Positions 8,862-18,312 of a DNA stretch of 64,000 bases are shown here, in pieces (within the stretch, counting starts at the first letter, position 1; each line of letters starts with the position of its first letter). The position numbers were made by a program, and so were the translations under genes. The stretch comes from a virus. The notes beneath the pieces are model-generated. The model saw only the letters and a list, made by a program, of their open reading frames with translations, was not told the DNA's origin and made no database searches. The stretch lies in IMG/VR virus record IMGVR_UViG_3300029220_000234, positions 1 through 64,000 of that record, one strand, 5' to 3'.

Positions 8862-10556
8862 GTGACAAAAAAGAACATTTTCCCTGTGGTTGCAACCATT
8901 GCTGTGGTAGGCGTTGTTCTCGGAGTATTTTCGATGACGGTGATGAGGGACTCAAACGTCAGCATTAGTACAATGACGTCCGAGCAGGCATATGCCAACT
9001 TGAGCAGCAAGATGAAGCGCATCGGCGTGCAGGAGGTCAAGGTCAATCCTCAGCAGCTGGATGTCTCTGAATTCCTTGATGCAAAGGATGAACTGCCCGA
9101 CATTGAATCCTCCTACCCATTCGTGGTCGTAGGAAACGGAGATGTGAACATCGAAATCTTTTCCTCTGGCGAGAAAGCAGCAGAGTCCGGCTCAGATTCT
9201 TTCCTGACCGAAATGGCAAAGAAGTTCAACGCCCAGCACAACAAGACTTCCGGAGACAAGACTATGAGTGTCTCCCTGCGCTCCATTCCGTCCGGTACGG
9301 CGGCTGAGTACATCTCGACGGGAAAGTATCAGCCCGAGTGCTATACCCCCTCAAATACGCTCTTTGGCGAGCTGGTGAAGAACGAGGGCGTAGAATTGAC
9401 CGTTGAGGCTGACCGTCTGGTCGGCAATGTGGCGGGTATTCTCGTATCAAAGAAGACAGGGGATATGCTTCGCTCTGAATACGGTGAAGCGTCTGTTTCT
9501 TCCGTTCTGAACGCAACCATCGATGGCAAACTCATGATGGGATACTCGAACCCCTACACAAGTGCTACGGGTCTTAATTTTCTGCTTGAGGCTCTTGCGA
9601 GCAGCGGCAGCGATACGATTGTCGATACGGCTGCTGTTGAGAATTTCCAGAAATTTCAAGCGAACGTCCCTCTCGTATCCTTCACGACCCAGCAGATGGT
9701 CCAGTCGGCAGACAAGGGCATCGTGGACGGCGTTGTCATGGAGTATCAGTCTTATCAGAATGACCCGACCTTACAGCGCAACTACGAGTTCATCCCGTTC
9801 GGTGTACGGCACGATAATCCTCTGTATTCCATCGGGAATGTCTCTGCGGAGAAGAAGGAAGTTATTGCTGCCTTCGTTTCCTTCTGCGCTCAGAACCAGG
9901 CAGAGGCGACCAAGGACGGATTCAATGGTCTTGACGACTATGCTTATACAGGCAAGGCATACGATGGCAACACCATCGCACAGGCTCAGAGTGTCTGGAA
10001 AGAAGAGAAGGACTCAGGCATTCCTATTGTGGCAGAGTTCGTTGTCGATACTTCCGGCTCGATGCGCGGCGAACCCCTGAATGCCCTGAAAACCGCGATG
10101 ATAAACACCATCCAGTATATCAATGACGACAACTATATCGGCATCATTGGCTTTGATTCAGATGTCAGGGAATACCTGCCCATTAACCAGTTCTCTCTGA
10201 CCCAGAAAACTCTGTATAAGGGTGCCGTGAACTCCCTCGATGCGAACGGCAGCACCGCAATGTACAACGGTCTTTGCGTTGCTATGGACCGCATCTACCA
10301 GAAATCTCAGGAACTGGGTGGGAATTGCACGCCCATCATCTTTGTGCTCACGGACGGTGACAACAATACCGGATATGGCTTCTCCGATACGAAGAACATC
10401 ATTGCCGGTATGGATATCCCCATTTACACCATCAGCTACAACTACGCAGCGGATAGTCTTTCGGAGCTCGCTTCCATCAACGAAGCGGCAGCTATCGTCG
10501 GCAACAGCGAGGATATCACCTACAAGCTCCGCAACCTGTTTAACGCAGAGATGTAA
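8862..10556 (+). CDS. Membrane-anchored von Willebrand factor A (vWA) domain protein
   Basis: GTG start after a GAAAGGAGAAA RBS. N-terminal TM helix. C-terminal VVDTSGSMRGEPL...NGSTAMYNGL...FVLTDGDNN is a MIDAS-type vWA domain. Confidence 0.8.
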   Translation: MTKKNIFPVVATIAVVGVVLGVFSMTVMRDSNVSISTMTSEQAYANLSSKMKRIGVQEVKVNPQQLDVSEFLDAKDELPDIESSYPFVVVGNGDVNIEIFSSGEKAAESGSDSFLTEMAKKFNAQHNKTSGDKTMSVSLRSIPSGTAAEYISTGKYQPECYTPSNTLFGELVKNEGVELTVEADRLVGNVAGILVSKKTGDMLRSEYGEASVSSVLNATIDGKLMMGYSNPYTSATGLNFLLEALASSGSDTIVDTAAVENFQKFQANVPLVSFTTQQMVQSADKGIVDGVVMEYQSYQNDPTLQRNYEFIPFGVRHDNPLYSIGNVSAEKKEVIAAFVSFCAQNQAEATKDGFNGLDDYAYTGKAYDGNTIAQAQSVWKEEKDSGIPIVAEFVVDTSGSMRGEPLNALKTAMINTIQYINDDNYIGIIGFDSDVREYLPINQFSLTQKTLYKGAVNSLDANGSTAMYNGLCVAMDRIYQKSQELGGNCTPIIFVLTDGDNNTGYGFSDTKNIIAGMDIPIYTISYNYAADSLSELASINEAAAIVGNSEDITYKLRNLFNAEM

Positions 10557-10675
10557 CTCAAAAGCGCGGTTTTGTCCGCGCAGCTGCTCCAAAAGACAGC
10601 CTCCACGCGGCGAGCAGCGGGCAACGGGAGACAGTCCCGGCAAATTGTCTTTGAGACGGAAGGAAGAAGTGCCCT

Positions 10676-11065
10676 ATGCGAGTACAACAGGTTCCGAACT
10701 CACCCTATTTCATCCATTACGACGATGAGGGCTTTTGCTGTATATCCAAAAGCAGAGAAAGCCAAGAACCTATCCCGGAATCTGAGATGCAAGCGTTCCT
10801 TGATGCAGTAGCCAACGGGTTACTCTACATCGAGAAAGAGCGAAAGAGCAGATACCAGCGCATCGAAGAAGCCGAAAAAGCAGCTTTTGCCAAGGGTGAA
10901 GCGGAAGGTCGAGAAGATAAGCTGCTCGCCACAGTCAAGGAGCTGAAGGAAGAACAAGCGTCAAGAGCAGAGTATGAGCGCAAGCTGCAATATGAAGTAT
11001 ATGCTCATCATACTTCGCACACCACGAAAACCGAGTGGGTTCGCCTTGGTCGTGGAGGATGGTGA
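10676..11065 (+). CDS. Hypothetical protein
   Basis: RBS GGAAGGAAGAAG. Coiled-coil-like central region. Confidence 0.4.
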   Translation: MRVQQVPNSPYFIHYDDEGFCCISKSRESQEPIPESEMQAFLDAVANGLLYIEKERKSRYQRIEEAEKAAFAKGEAEGREDKLLATVKELKEEQASRAEYERKLQYEVYAHHTSHTTKTEWVRLGRGGW

Positions 11066-11070
11066 TTGAC

Positions 11071-11331
11071 ATGATGGGAAGCATTCCGATTCCGAATACA
11101 AGATTTTATCTGACCAGCATCGATGGCAAAAAGTGGTTCGTAACAGAATACTACAGAACCGCACCATTTAACCCCGACAAAGAGACCTATGACTTGTACA
11201 AGGCGTTTGCGGAAGCATTCAGAAAGAACGAAATGGAAGAGCAGGAGTTTCAAGAGGAGCTCAAAAAGGCCGTCAATAAAGCTTACGGAAACGGCTTATA
11301 CGCCGGACGGCATAGTGTTGATTTCGGCTGA
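11071..11331 (+). CDS. Hypothetical protein
   Basis: ORF with an internal start at MMGSIPIPN. Overlaps the end of the upstream gene in another frame. Confidence 0.3.
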   Translation: MMGSIPIPNTRFYLTSIDGKKWFVTEYYRTAPFNPDKETYDLYKAFAEAFRKNEMEEQEFQEELKKAVNKAYGNGLYAGRHSVDFG

Positions 11332-11377
11332 ACCGAACAAGAAAAGAAAAACGGCACAGGAAAGCGGCAGAACGAAT

Positions 11378-11623
11378 ATGAGCATAGCAAAAATCGAAAC
11401 TGCATCAGGCGTAACGCTGGTTCTCAACGGCAAAACAGTTTTCGCCTCAGATGATACCTCATACTGGATGCAGGGGTCTAAAATCATCGACGAAAACGGT
11501 TGGATTTGTGGTAACGCCGAGACTATCCGAGATGCCCTGTGCATAGTCTTGGCAAAGTACGGCGGGCTAAAGGGAAACAGCGCAAAACAAACAAAACCAG
11601 TAAAGGCGGTGAGAGCATGGTAG
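11378..11623 (+). CDS. Small protein, member 1 of a tandem triplicated family
   Basis: MSIAKIETASGVTLVLNGKTVFASDDTSYWMQG...NGWICGN...DALCIVLAKYGG. This motif is shared with the next two genes. Confidence 0.4.
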   Translation: MSIAKIETASGVTLVLNGKTVFASDDTSYWMQGSKIIDENGWICGNAETIRDALCIVLAKYGGLKGNSAKQTKPVKAVRAW

Positions 11624-11808
11624 TATATACGAAATCAGGCGTGACGGTGAATTGCTGCGGTAATCTCTTCATTGCATCGGACGGCAAAACCTACAACCTC
11701 TGCGGCAGGATGCTGACCTGCAGCGGCAAGGTCATTAGCTACAACTGTCAGTCGAAAGACGAAGCACTGGGTACGGTCGTGGGACTGTACGGCGGTCGAA
11801 GGTTCTAG
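11617..11808 (+). CDS. Small protein, member 2 of the tandem triplicated family
   Basis: MVVYTKSGVTVNCCGNLFIASDGKTYNLCG...DEALGTVVGLYGG. Confidence 0.4.
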   Translation: MVVYTKSGVTVNCCGNLFIASDGKTYNLCGRMLTCSGKVISYNCQSKDEALGTVVGLYGGRRF

Positions 11809-11818
11809 GAGGTACAAT

Positions 11819-12028
11819 ATGCAAACGGTCATGACAAACAGAGACGTAGAGCTACGTGTGGAAAGCAGCATCATTTACACAACCGATTCGAAGGCGTTCT
11901 GGCGCAGCGGCAACATGCTGGTCGGAAACGGCACGGTCGTCAGCTACCAGTGCCACTCGATGGATGAGGCGGTCGATATGGTCGCCGCCTTGTACAATGG
12001 CAGAAAAACAGAAGCAGCGCAAGCATAA
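11819..12028 (+). CDS. Small protein, member 3 of the tandem triplicated family
   Basis: Strong RBS AGGAGG. ...YTTDSKAFWRSGNMLVGNGTVVSYQCHSMDEAVDMVAALYNG. Confidence 0.45.
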   Translation: MQTVMTNRDVELRVESSIIYTTDSKAFWRSGNMLVGNGTVVSYQCHSMDEAVDMVAALYNGRKTEAAQA

Positions 12029-12145
12029 CCATCCTGCAAAAATATATGCCGTTCATCTTTTTGGGTGGACGGCTTTTTGTTTTGTGAATACAGCGATTCA
12101 GTGGCGAAGCGAGCCGATTTTTCCAGCAGTTTGATACTCTGTGGG

Positions 12146-12180
12146 CAGTTGCACAGCCGTGCAAATTGCATACAATGGGA
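12146..12180 (+). promoter_or_regulatory. Phage-type promoter (GTTGCAC ... CGTGCAAATT ... CATACAAT)
   Basis: Consensus match. Followed by a roughly 340-nt leader before the 12518 gene. Confidence 0.4.
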
Positions 12181-12517
12181 ATTGGAGAACAAAAAAGCGA
12201 TGCAAGGATGTATTTGCAATAAATATGGCGGCTGTTTTTGGTATTCACGAAACAACACGAAATTAAACGAAACGCGAAGAGGATACAAGAAAAGACGAAT
12301 GAAATCCAGCTGAGGCGGATAATACTTGCGCCGAGTGGTTTGAAGTCCGGACAATGGGACAGCTAAAGTGGTAAAATAAAACTAGGAATACCTAAAATCA
12401 GATTTAACCGAAAAAACAAAAACCATGAATGAATAATTGGTTGCTAAAAAGTAACCGCTCGCTTTTATACCCAAACCAACAAATGACCCAAATCTGTTTA
12501 GGAAGGATAGGCACAAA

Positions 12518-14683
12518 ATGGCAAGAAGGAAAACAAACGACTTGGAAAATCAGATGTCGCTCATGGACATGATGGCATCGAAAAGCCCCGAATATACCGA
12601 AGAAGGCCCGGAAGAACTCTTGGACCCCGGCGAGGACATGGAGGACAGTGAAGGGCAGACGGATAAGCCCTTCAAACTCGTGGCGAACAAGACCACGAAG
12701 GCAAAGGCGAGCATCTCCACGCAGGCGTTGAGTGTTGTGAAGGCGGTATATGCTGATACGGTAGAAACGAATTGGGAAGAGTTGTTTGACGGGTTCGACA
12801 GACTCTATGCTATCACTTTTTCGTCCGGTATCGAGTTCGTGAATAAGGTCATCAACAAGTTCTCGTATGCGGAAGTCGTGTTCGGATGCGAGAAAATCAT
12901 CGCCAACGACATTGCTGCCATCATGTCGGTGCAAATCGACAGCGTGCAGCGGCTCGCTAAGTCTAAGTCGGCAGGGAACCTTGCGAACCGCCTCGATGAC
13001 GGGTCCTTGCAGCTGTATGTATCGCGAGACACGAAATCGCACGAGAAAATCTTTATCTTGGAGAGCGCTGACCATAAGCGTGTCCGAGTCATCACCGGCA
13101 GTGCGAATATGTCGGCATCGGCGTTTTGCGGCATTCAGCGAGAGAATATCGTCTGCTTCGATGACGAGGCGGCATTTTCGCATTACAAGGTTCTGTTCGA
13201 GACCTTCAAGGAGACCTGCTCCGACAATGTCTCCTATAAGGCAGTCGTGAACACCATGAACCAGGAAGATTATCTGAAAGAGAACATCAAAGAAGTGCCC
13301 GTCTTTCAGTCTATTGAAAAGCAGAAGCTTGTCTTTCTGGAACAGGCACAGCCTGAGGATGAGGTCGAATACGAGATAGCTGCCGATGTCAAGAAAATGC
13401 AGGAACTCGTCAAGCCAATCATGCCTAAGATGCCGGTACAGGCGAATCGTATTGTAGTGGCAGCGGAACCGATGCGCGTTTTCGGGAAACGATATACCGA
13501 GGTGCGGCGTGTGGCAGCTGAGGCAGTTAAGCAGCTCCCAAAATTACATATCGACTATGATGCCGGGACCATGACCTTCAACGACGAAAATATCGACCTC
13601 AATCCGAATCTCAGCGAGGTGGCAAAGAACATCGAGAGCATCCAGAAGTTCTTCTCAGGCATGGACTACTTTTACGGCGATGTCGAACAGGCCAAGAAGG
13701 ACTACTTCAAGTACATGACCTGGTATCTGGCTACTCCGTTCATGGCGTATCTGCGGTATTTCGCATCGAGGAACAACTACGATACGAAGCTGTTCCCGAT
13801 GTACGGCGTTATATACGGCGACTCAAACGGCGGCAAGACGACCTTTATAAAATTTCTTGTCAAACTCATGTGCGGTGAGACCGTTAAGATGAACACGACG
13901 GAGGATTTCACAGCCACAAGAATCGACGGCCTCAAACGAGTTTGTGAGGGACTGCCGCTGAACATCGACGACCTCGCCAAGACCCAGTTTCAGAACCATT
14001 CAGAACGGGTAATCAAGAACGATGAATGGGGTATCTCGGACAGGCTCGTGAACTATCCTGCTGTATCTATCACATCGAATAAAATTACCTCGCTGACAAA
14101 AGACCTCTCGAAACGTGCTATCATCTGTCGAATTGGTGCTAAAATCGACAACGAGCGCGGTGCCAAGAACTCGAAGCGTGTGAATGAGAGTATGTCGGAG
14201 CTGACAACCGCGTTCTATGGCGAATATGTCCGCCGAATGCTTGTTTGCATCGATGAGATGACGACGGAAATGCGTGAAAATGCGAATGGCAAGGAATACT
14301 TCCCGGATATCTTCCACGCTTCGTCTAGTGTCATTGCAGATATCTTCGAGGCATGCGGAATCGATTTGCCGGACTATGTGCGTATCCTGTACTATAACGA
14401 CTATATGGGTGATGAGAGCATTGGTCGTGCTGCAATTGAGAAAATCGAACTGGCATGGCAGGCTGACCCGAGCAAGTTCCGGGTCGATAAGAAGCAGAAC
14501 AGGCTCATTTACTCCTATCCGCCGGATGGACCGTGGTACGAACTGAAATACATTGCAGATGAGCTGCCGAACTCCCTCGAAGCAGAGATTTCTGGCGGCA
14601 ACCAGCTTATCATGAACTACGAGCAGGCACAGGAATTGTTCGGCATCAAGTTTCGGCGCTGGCTGGGCATCTTTAACCTCTAA
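12518..14683 (+). CDS. PLD-like (HxK..D..GSxN-type) domain fused to an SF3/P4-D5-type P-loop NTPase
   Basis: N-terminus ...HEKIFILESADHKRVRVITGSANMSASAF resembles a phospholipase-D-family nuclease motif. The C-terminus has the Walker A GDSNGGKTTFIKFL typical of primase/SF3 helicase C-terminal domains. 721 aa. Confidence 0.55.
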   Translation: MARRKTNDLENQMSLMDMMASKSPEYTEEGPEELLDPGEDMEDSEGQTDKPFKLVANKTTKAKASISTQALSVVKAVYADTVETNWEELFDGFDRLYAITFSSGIEFVNKVINKFSYAEVVFGCEKIIANDIAAIMSVQIDSVQRLAKSKSAGNLANRLDDGSLQLYVSRDTKSHEKIFILESADHKRVRVITGSANMSASAFCGIQRENIVCFDDEAAFSHYKVLFETFKETCSDNVSYKAVVNTMNQEDYLKENIKEVPVFQSIEKQKLVFLEQAQPEDEVEYEIAADVKKMQELVKPIMPKMPVQANRIVVAAEPMRVFGKRYTEVRRVAAEAVKQLPKLHIDYDAGTMTFNDENIDLNPNLSEVAKNIESIQKFFSGMDYFYGDVEQAKKDYFKYMTWYLATPFMAYLRYFASRNNYDTKLFPMYGVIYGDSNGGKTTFIKFLVKLMCGETVKMNTTEDFTATRIDGLKRVCEGLPLNIDDLAKTQFQNHSERVIKNDEWGISDRLVNYPAVSITSNKITSLTKDLSKRAIICRIGAKIDNERGAKNSKRVNESMSELTTAFYGEYVRRMLVCIDEMTTEMRENANGKEYFPDIFHASSSVIADIFEACGIDLPDYVRILYYNDYMGDESIGRAAIEKIELAWQADPSKFRVDKKQNRLIYSYPPDGPWYELKYIADELPNSLEAEISGGNQLIMNYEQAQELFGIKFRRWLGIFNL

Positions 14684-14688
14684 TATGC

Positions 14689-14725
14689 ATGGCAGGTTCT
14701 TTTCGGAGCCTGCCTTCTTATTTCG
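14689..14725 (+). terminator. Intrinsic terminator
   Basis: GGCAGGTTCTTTTCGGAGCCTGCC followed by TTCTTATTTCG. Confidence 0.5.
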
Positions 14726-14732
14726 CAAAAAT

Positions 14733-14765
14733 AGTTGCCCATTTGTGCGAATTGCAGACAATCAG
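14733..14765 (+). promoter_or_regulatory. Phage-type promoter (TTGCCC ... TGTGCGAATTGC ... GACAAT)
   Basis: Exact copy of the recurring TGTGCGAATTGCAGACAAT core. Confidence 0.55.
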
Positions 14766-14845
14766 AAATAAAGCGTAAAGCAAAGGAGCTGAGTACCATC
14801 TCAAAATTTGCAAGCAAAAAGTTGATTGAGCGAAATTGCAATATC

Positions 14846-15313
14846 ATGAAAGACTACGGCAACGGCTATTCCATTGAGGAGCTTGCCGCAAAATACAGGT
14901 TGAGCGTCCGTACATGCTATCGAGCGTTAGACGACGCGAAACAGGAGGCCAGAATTCAGTTGGCGCAGGTAGAGGATGCTAGAAAGGCCGAAATTCTTGC
15001 GGCATACAAGAACAGTGTCCCTCTCAAGGAAATGATTGCGAAATTTAACGTGGCAGAAGGATATTGCAGCATGGTTGCCAACGATGCGGGCCTGACTGAA
15101 AACCGTAGAAATGAGCGCATCAAAATTCGGCAAAAACCCCGCAATGAGAATATCTTTCGAGAATACGAGAGTGGCGTGCCGGTGCAGAAACTATCCGAAA
15201 AATATCAGCTCTCGGTTCCTGGTATTTACAAGGTTATCCAGCGAGTGAGAAGGCAAAAGGAGGCGATGAGTCTTGCAATGGATTGTGAAGCAAACCAAAT
15301 CGAAAGGATATGA
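14846..15313 (+). CDS. DNA-binding protein with three tandem HTH repeats (NUMOD1 / sigma-region-4-like)
   Basis: Three copies of a roughly 50-aa unit (YSIEELAAKYRLSVRTCYRAL, VPLKEMIAKFNVAEGYCSMV, VPVQKLSEKYQLSVPGIYKVI). They resemble the HTH repeats in the C-terminal half of the GIY-YIG enzyme at 26171. The start is uncertain because the in-frame AAGGAG is far upstream. Confidence 0.5.
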   Translation: MKDYGNGYSIEELAAKYRLSVRTCYRALDDAKQEARIQLAQVEDARKAEILAAYKNSVPLKEMIAKFNVAEGYCSMVANDAGLTENRRNERIKIRQKPRNENIFREYESGVPVQKLSEKYQLSVPGIYKVIQRVRRQKEAMSLAMDCEANQIERI

Positions 15314-15911
15314 GTTCACCTTCGATATCGTGAAAGGCAAGGCCGTTATCGGGCAGGCACACTATATCCCGAAATTGCTACGGCAGGGTTATGGCATCCG
15401 GCTGAATGATTCCAAGTTCCTGCTGCAATACATGCCAGCTGCTGACGCAAGGGCGTACATGCGCGGCATCAACACAAAAGATATTCTGAGACACCCTTTT
15501 GCTATCCGTGAGAACAACTGCACGGTAGGCGAGATTTCCGTCATCCATACAAAAACCGGATTCCTCCAAGGATACAATTCTATCGCCATGCAGCTGTATG
15601 GCGAGGAATACCAGAGCTACAAAATTGGTTTTGGAAAAGAAGGAGTATGCTGCCCTGTATTTCTTGGCGGACAGCAAATCGCCCAAATCAATAAGAGCGC
15701 GGTGGTCAAGGATAATCTGGATGAATACCTGATTTACGCAGTGAATGAAAAGGCACTGATGCCGTCCGTCATGTTCGCCATTTATATTGATGGAATATAC
15801 TACGCAAACCGAGGCATGTATGTGGATGACGCAACGACTATCAACTGCGAATACAGCTTGAACGAGGAAGTCCTGTCCCACTACGACCCGAATTTTGTCA
15901 AAGGACTATGA
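15273..15911 (+). CDS. Hypothetical protein
   Basis: TTG start 7 nt after the AAAGGAGG RBS. 212 aa. Confidence 0.4.
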   Translation: MQWIVKQTKSKGYEFTFDIVKGKAVIGQAHYIPKLLRQGYGIRLNDSKFLLQYMPAADARAYMRGINTKDILRHPFAIRENNCTVGEISVIHTKTGFLQGYNSIAMQLYGEEYQSYKIGFGKEGVCCPVFLGGQQIAQINKSAVVKDNLDEYLIYAVNEKALMPSVMFAIYIDGIYYANRGMYVDDATTINCEYSLNEEVLSHYDPNFVKGL

Positions 15912-15942
15912 CTCCGATAACTGGTATTCACAGACAATATCA

Positions 15943-15975
15943 TGTTGCGAAACTGTGCGAATTGCAGACAATTAA
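15943..15975 (+). promoter_or_regulatory. Phage-type promoter (TTGCGA ... TGTGCGAATTGC ... GACAAT)
   Basis: Consensus match directly upstream of the 16012 gene. Confidence 0.55.
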
Positions 15976-16011
15976 AAGTGAATGAATTACAAAAGCTACA
16001 GAGGATAAACA

Positions 16012-16611
16012 ATGAGCTATGAACCCATTATCACACCGGGCAGGAATTTCTTTCTTGTCTCGACGGAGTACAAAGAGAGCAGCTCTGCCTGGTGCCGCAA
16101 GCAAATTAGAGCGACACTGAGGACCTGTCAGGGACGAGTCATCATCATTGATGCAACGGGCGAGTACGCGGACTTGGCGCTTGAACATGACAGATTGATT
16201 CGAGAGAAAATCCCGTCCATCATTTATCGGTATAAGCTGGTGGACGGGAAACCGTATATTGCTCATGTCATTGAAGTTGATACGGAAGCAAATGAAGCAC
16301 CGCACCTGATTGTATACGATATCAGCCGGACCATAATCACCAGCTGGAAGGTCGGCGTGGAGGCAATTGATAAAATCCTACAATCCTACGCCGTGATGCA
16401 GGACAGTGAAATCGCGTGGCTGTATGTTCCGCTGGACTTATATACCAATGTCAAGCCCGAAAGCGAATCCTGGAACATTTTGGAACGAACTATCAAGGGT
16501 AATGAAGGCAAGCTCATGACAGTACTGACGACTCGCAAATTCACCATTGGGATGGTCCAGCGCTGTTTGCATATGGCAAAAATCAAAAATAATTTGGAGG
16601 ATAACAAATGA
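16012..16611 (+). CDS. Hypothetical protein
   Basis: RBS GAGGATAAACA-ATG. 199 aa. The stop overlaps the next start (ATGA). Confidence 0.5.
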   Translation: MSYEPIITPGRNFFLVSTEYKESSSAWCRKQIRATLRTCQGRVIIIDATGEYADLALEHDRLIREKIPSIIYRYKLVDGKPYIAHVIEVDTEANEAPHLIVYDISRTIITSWKVGVEAIDKILQSYAVMQDSEIAWLYVPLDLYTNVKPESESWNILERTIKGNEGKLMTVLTTRKFTIGMVQRCLHMAKIKNNLEDNK

Positions 16612-17501
16612 CCAATGAACAGCTGAGAATCGCATTGACGGCGAATGCCGTTACCAAACAAACCCGAAACCATTTTGGATTCAGTGACCCGTGTGGAAAA
16701 ACGCTGGAAGAATACAACAAGTCCGCGATGCTGTGCTGCATGACAGCGGCGCAGAGAATGAACACGCCGGGTTTTGAGCGTGTTTTGGCTGCGCAGATTT
16801 TTCCCTGCTTTACCATTGGCTGCTGGAATCAGACGAAGACGGTCTATGATTTTGACTACGAGTTTCAGAAAATGCTGATGGATACGGATGACGTGGCAAT
16901 TCATCAGGATATCCTGCAGCGACTCCCGGTTCGTGATTTCTTTATCCCGGTGTATGACAGCTACGACTACAACGGTATGTTCGTGCATGTGGAATTCGAC
17001 GAAAAAGAGAAAACCACAGCTTTCGGTATCGTTCTTGTCGGCCCCACTAAGGGCAGCCACGATGATTTCACGTTCCTGACTCTGCCTGCCTGGGCCAAGG
17101 AAAATCAGAGTTTGACGGAAGCAACTCGGAGCACGAAAGAATACCTGGAAAAGGCAGCAGGGCAGCGGCAAGTAAATGGTATCAGCGTACCGGCTGTGAT
17201 GGAAGCAGTCCCTTCGGTCTTTGACGGCGGCACACCTTATGTCCGGCTGGCAATCCTGTGCGCCAACTATCTTGCCAGCAAGAACCCTGATGTCCGCTTG
17301 GAAACTTCCAAAAAGCGTGACCGCCCGGTATTCGTGTTCCAAGGGAAAGCACAACGCATCAACGTCAAGGCATATACCGTTGGTGAGAATGCGGCCAAAG
17401 AATACAAGAAGAACGGGGAAGGCAAAACTCCCCGCTGGCGGCATTACTGGTGCGGCAATGGCCGGGAACGCCGGGAATGCAAGTTTATCTATCAGAATTG
17501 A
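16608..17501 (+). CDS. Hypothetical protein
   Basis: Translationally coupled to the upstream gene. 297 aa. Confidence 0.5.
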   Translation: MTNEQLRIALTANAVTKQTRNHFGFSDPCGKTLEEYNKSAMLCCMTAAQRMNTPGFERVLAAQIFPCFTIGCWNQTKTVYDFDYEFQKMLMDTDDVAIHQDILQRLPVRDFFIPVYDSYDYNGMFVHVEFDEKEKTTAFGIVLVGPTKGSHDDFTFLTLPAWAKENQSLTEATRSTKEYLEKAAGQRQVNGISVPAVMEAVPSVFDGGTPYVRLAILCANYLASKNPDVRLETSKKRDRPVFVFQGKAQRINVKAYTVGENAAKEYKKNGEGKTPRWRHYWCGNGRERRECKFIYQN

Positions 17502-17620
17502 AGGCAGAGTACCCCATCTATAGCCGCAAGGCTTAGGTGGGGGTGAATGCCGCTTTTAAGAGTTGACTCTGGTTCATTATTACTTGCTGCAATGTGCGAT
17601 TTGACAATAATTATATGTAG

Positions 17621-18175
17621 GATGATATCATCAGCAAAATAGGGAATCGCATCATCGACTGGTGCTGCGATAACGATATTGATACTATTATCATTGGCCA
17701 CAATACCCGCTGGAAGCAAAACGCTAACATGGGCAAAAAGAACAATCAGACCTTTACGCAGCTTCCGCTGTATAAGCTGATTGAAAATATCACCTATCGC
17801 GCCGAATGGTGCGGCATCCGCGTTATCGAGCGTGAGGAATCTTACACTTCAAAAGCCTCCTTTTTGGACAATGATGCTATTCCTACATACGGTGAGGCCA
17901 AAGAACCTACATTCAGCGGCAGGCGCATCAAGCGCGGCTTGTATAAAGCAGCTGACGGCACCATCATCAACGCTGACTTGAACGGCAGCGCCAATATTCT
18001 GCGGAAAGAGTTTCCTGACGCTTTTGCGTCTCGCCAACCGGATTTTAGCAGTGTGGTAATTATTCGCCATCCCGATTTAGAGAGCATCAAACGCAATCGT
18101 GAAAAGCAGCTTGCCAAACCGAAAGGTATCAGGAAGTCAAAAATCAAGCGTTTGAAAGCAAAAGGCAAAATGTAA
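17621..18175 (+). pseudogene. Truncated TnpB-like (IS200/IS605 OrfB) remnant: RuvC-II to C-terminus only, with RuvC-II Glu replaced
   Basis: The in-frame ORF opens at 17621 after a stop codon and reads ...IIDWCCDNDIDTIIIGHNTRWKQ...QLPLYKLIENITYRAEWCGIRVIEREESYTSKASFLD...INADLNGSANILRK. It is colinear with the C-terminal half of the TnpB at 49649, but the expected E of RuvC-II is G. There is no RuvC-I and no CxxC Zn finger. Confidence 0.6.
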
Positions 18176-18312
18176 TCCCTCTGGGATAGAGCTTTGTGAA
18201 TAGCTTTAAGCCTTACCCTTTAGTTTCGTCTTCTCCGGAAGCCCCGTCTATAAGGACGGAGCGGAGCAGCGTACTTTAGGCGGGGTAATTCACTGATGGA
18301 ATGAGGTAACAT

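Noticed and set aside
16386-17444. 352-aa ORF on the minus strand
   Set aside because: Antisense to two tightly coupled + strand genes that have a promoter and RBS. There is no RBS, and the composition is atypical.
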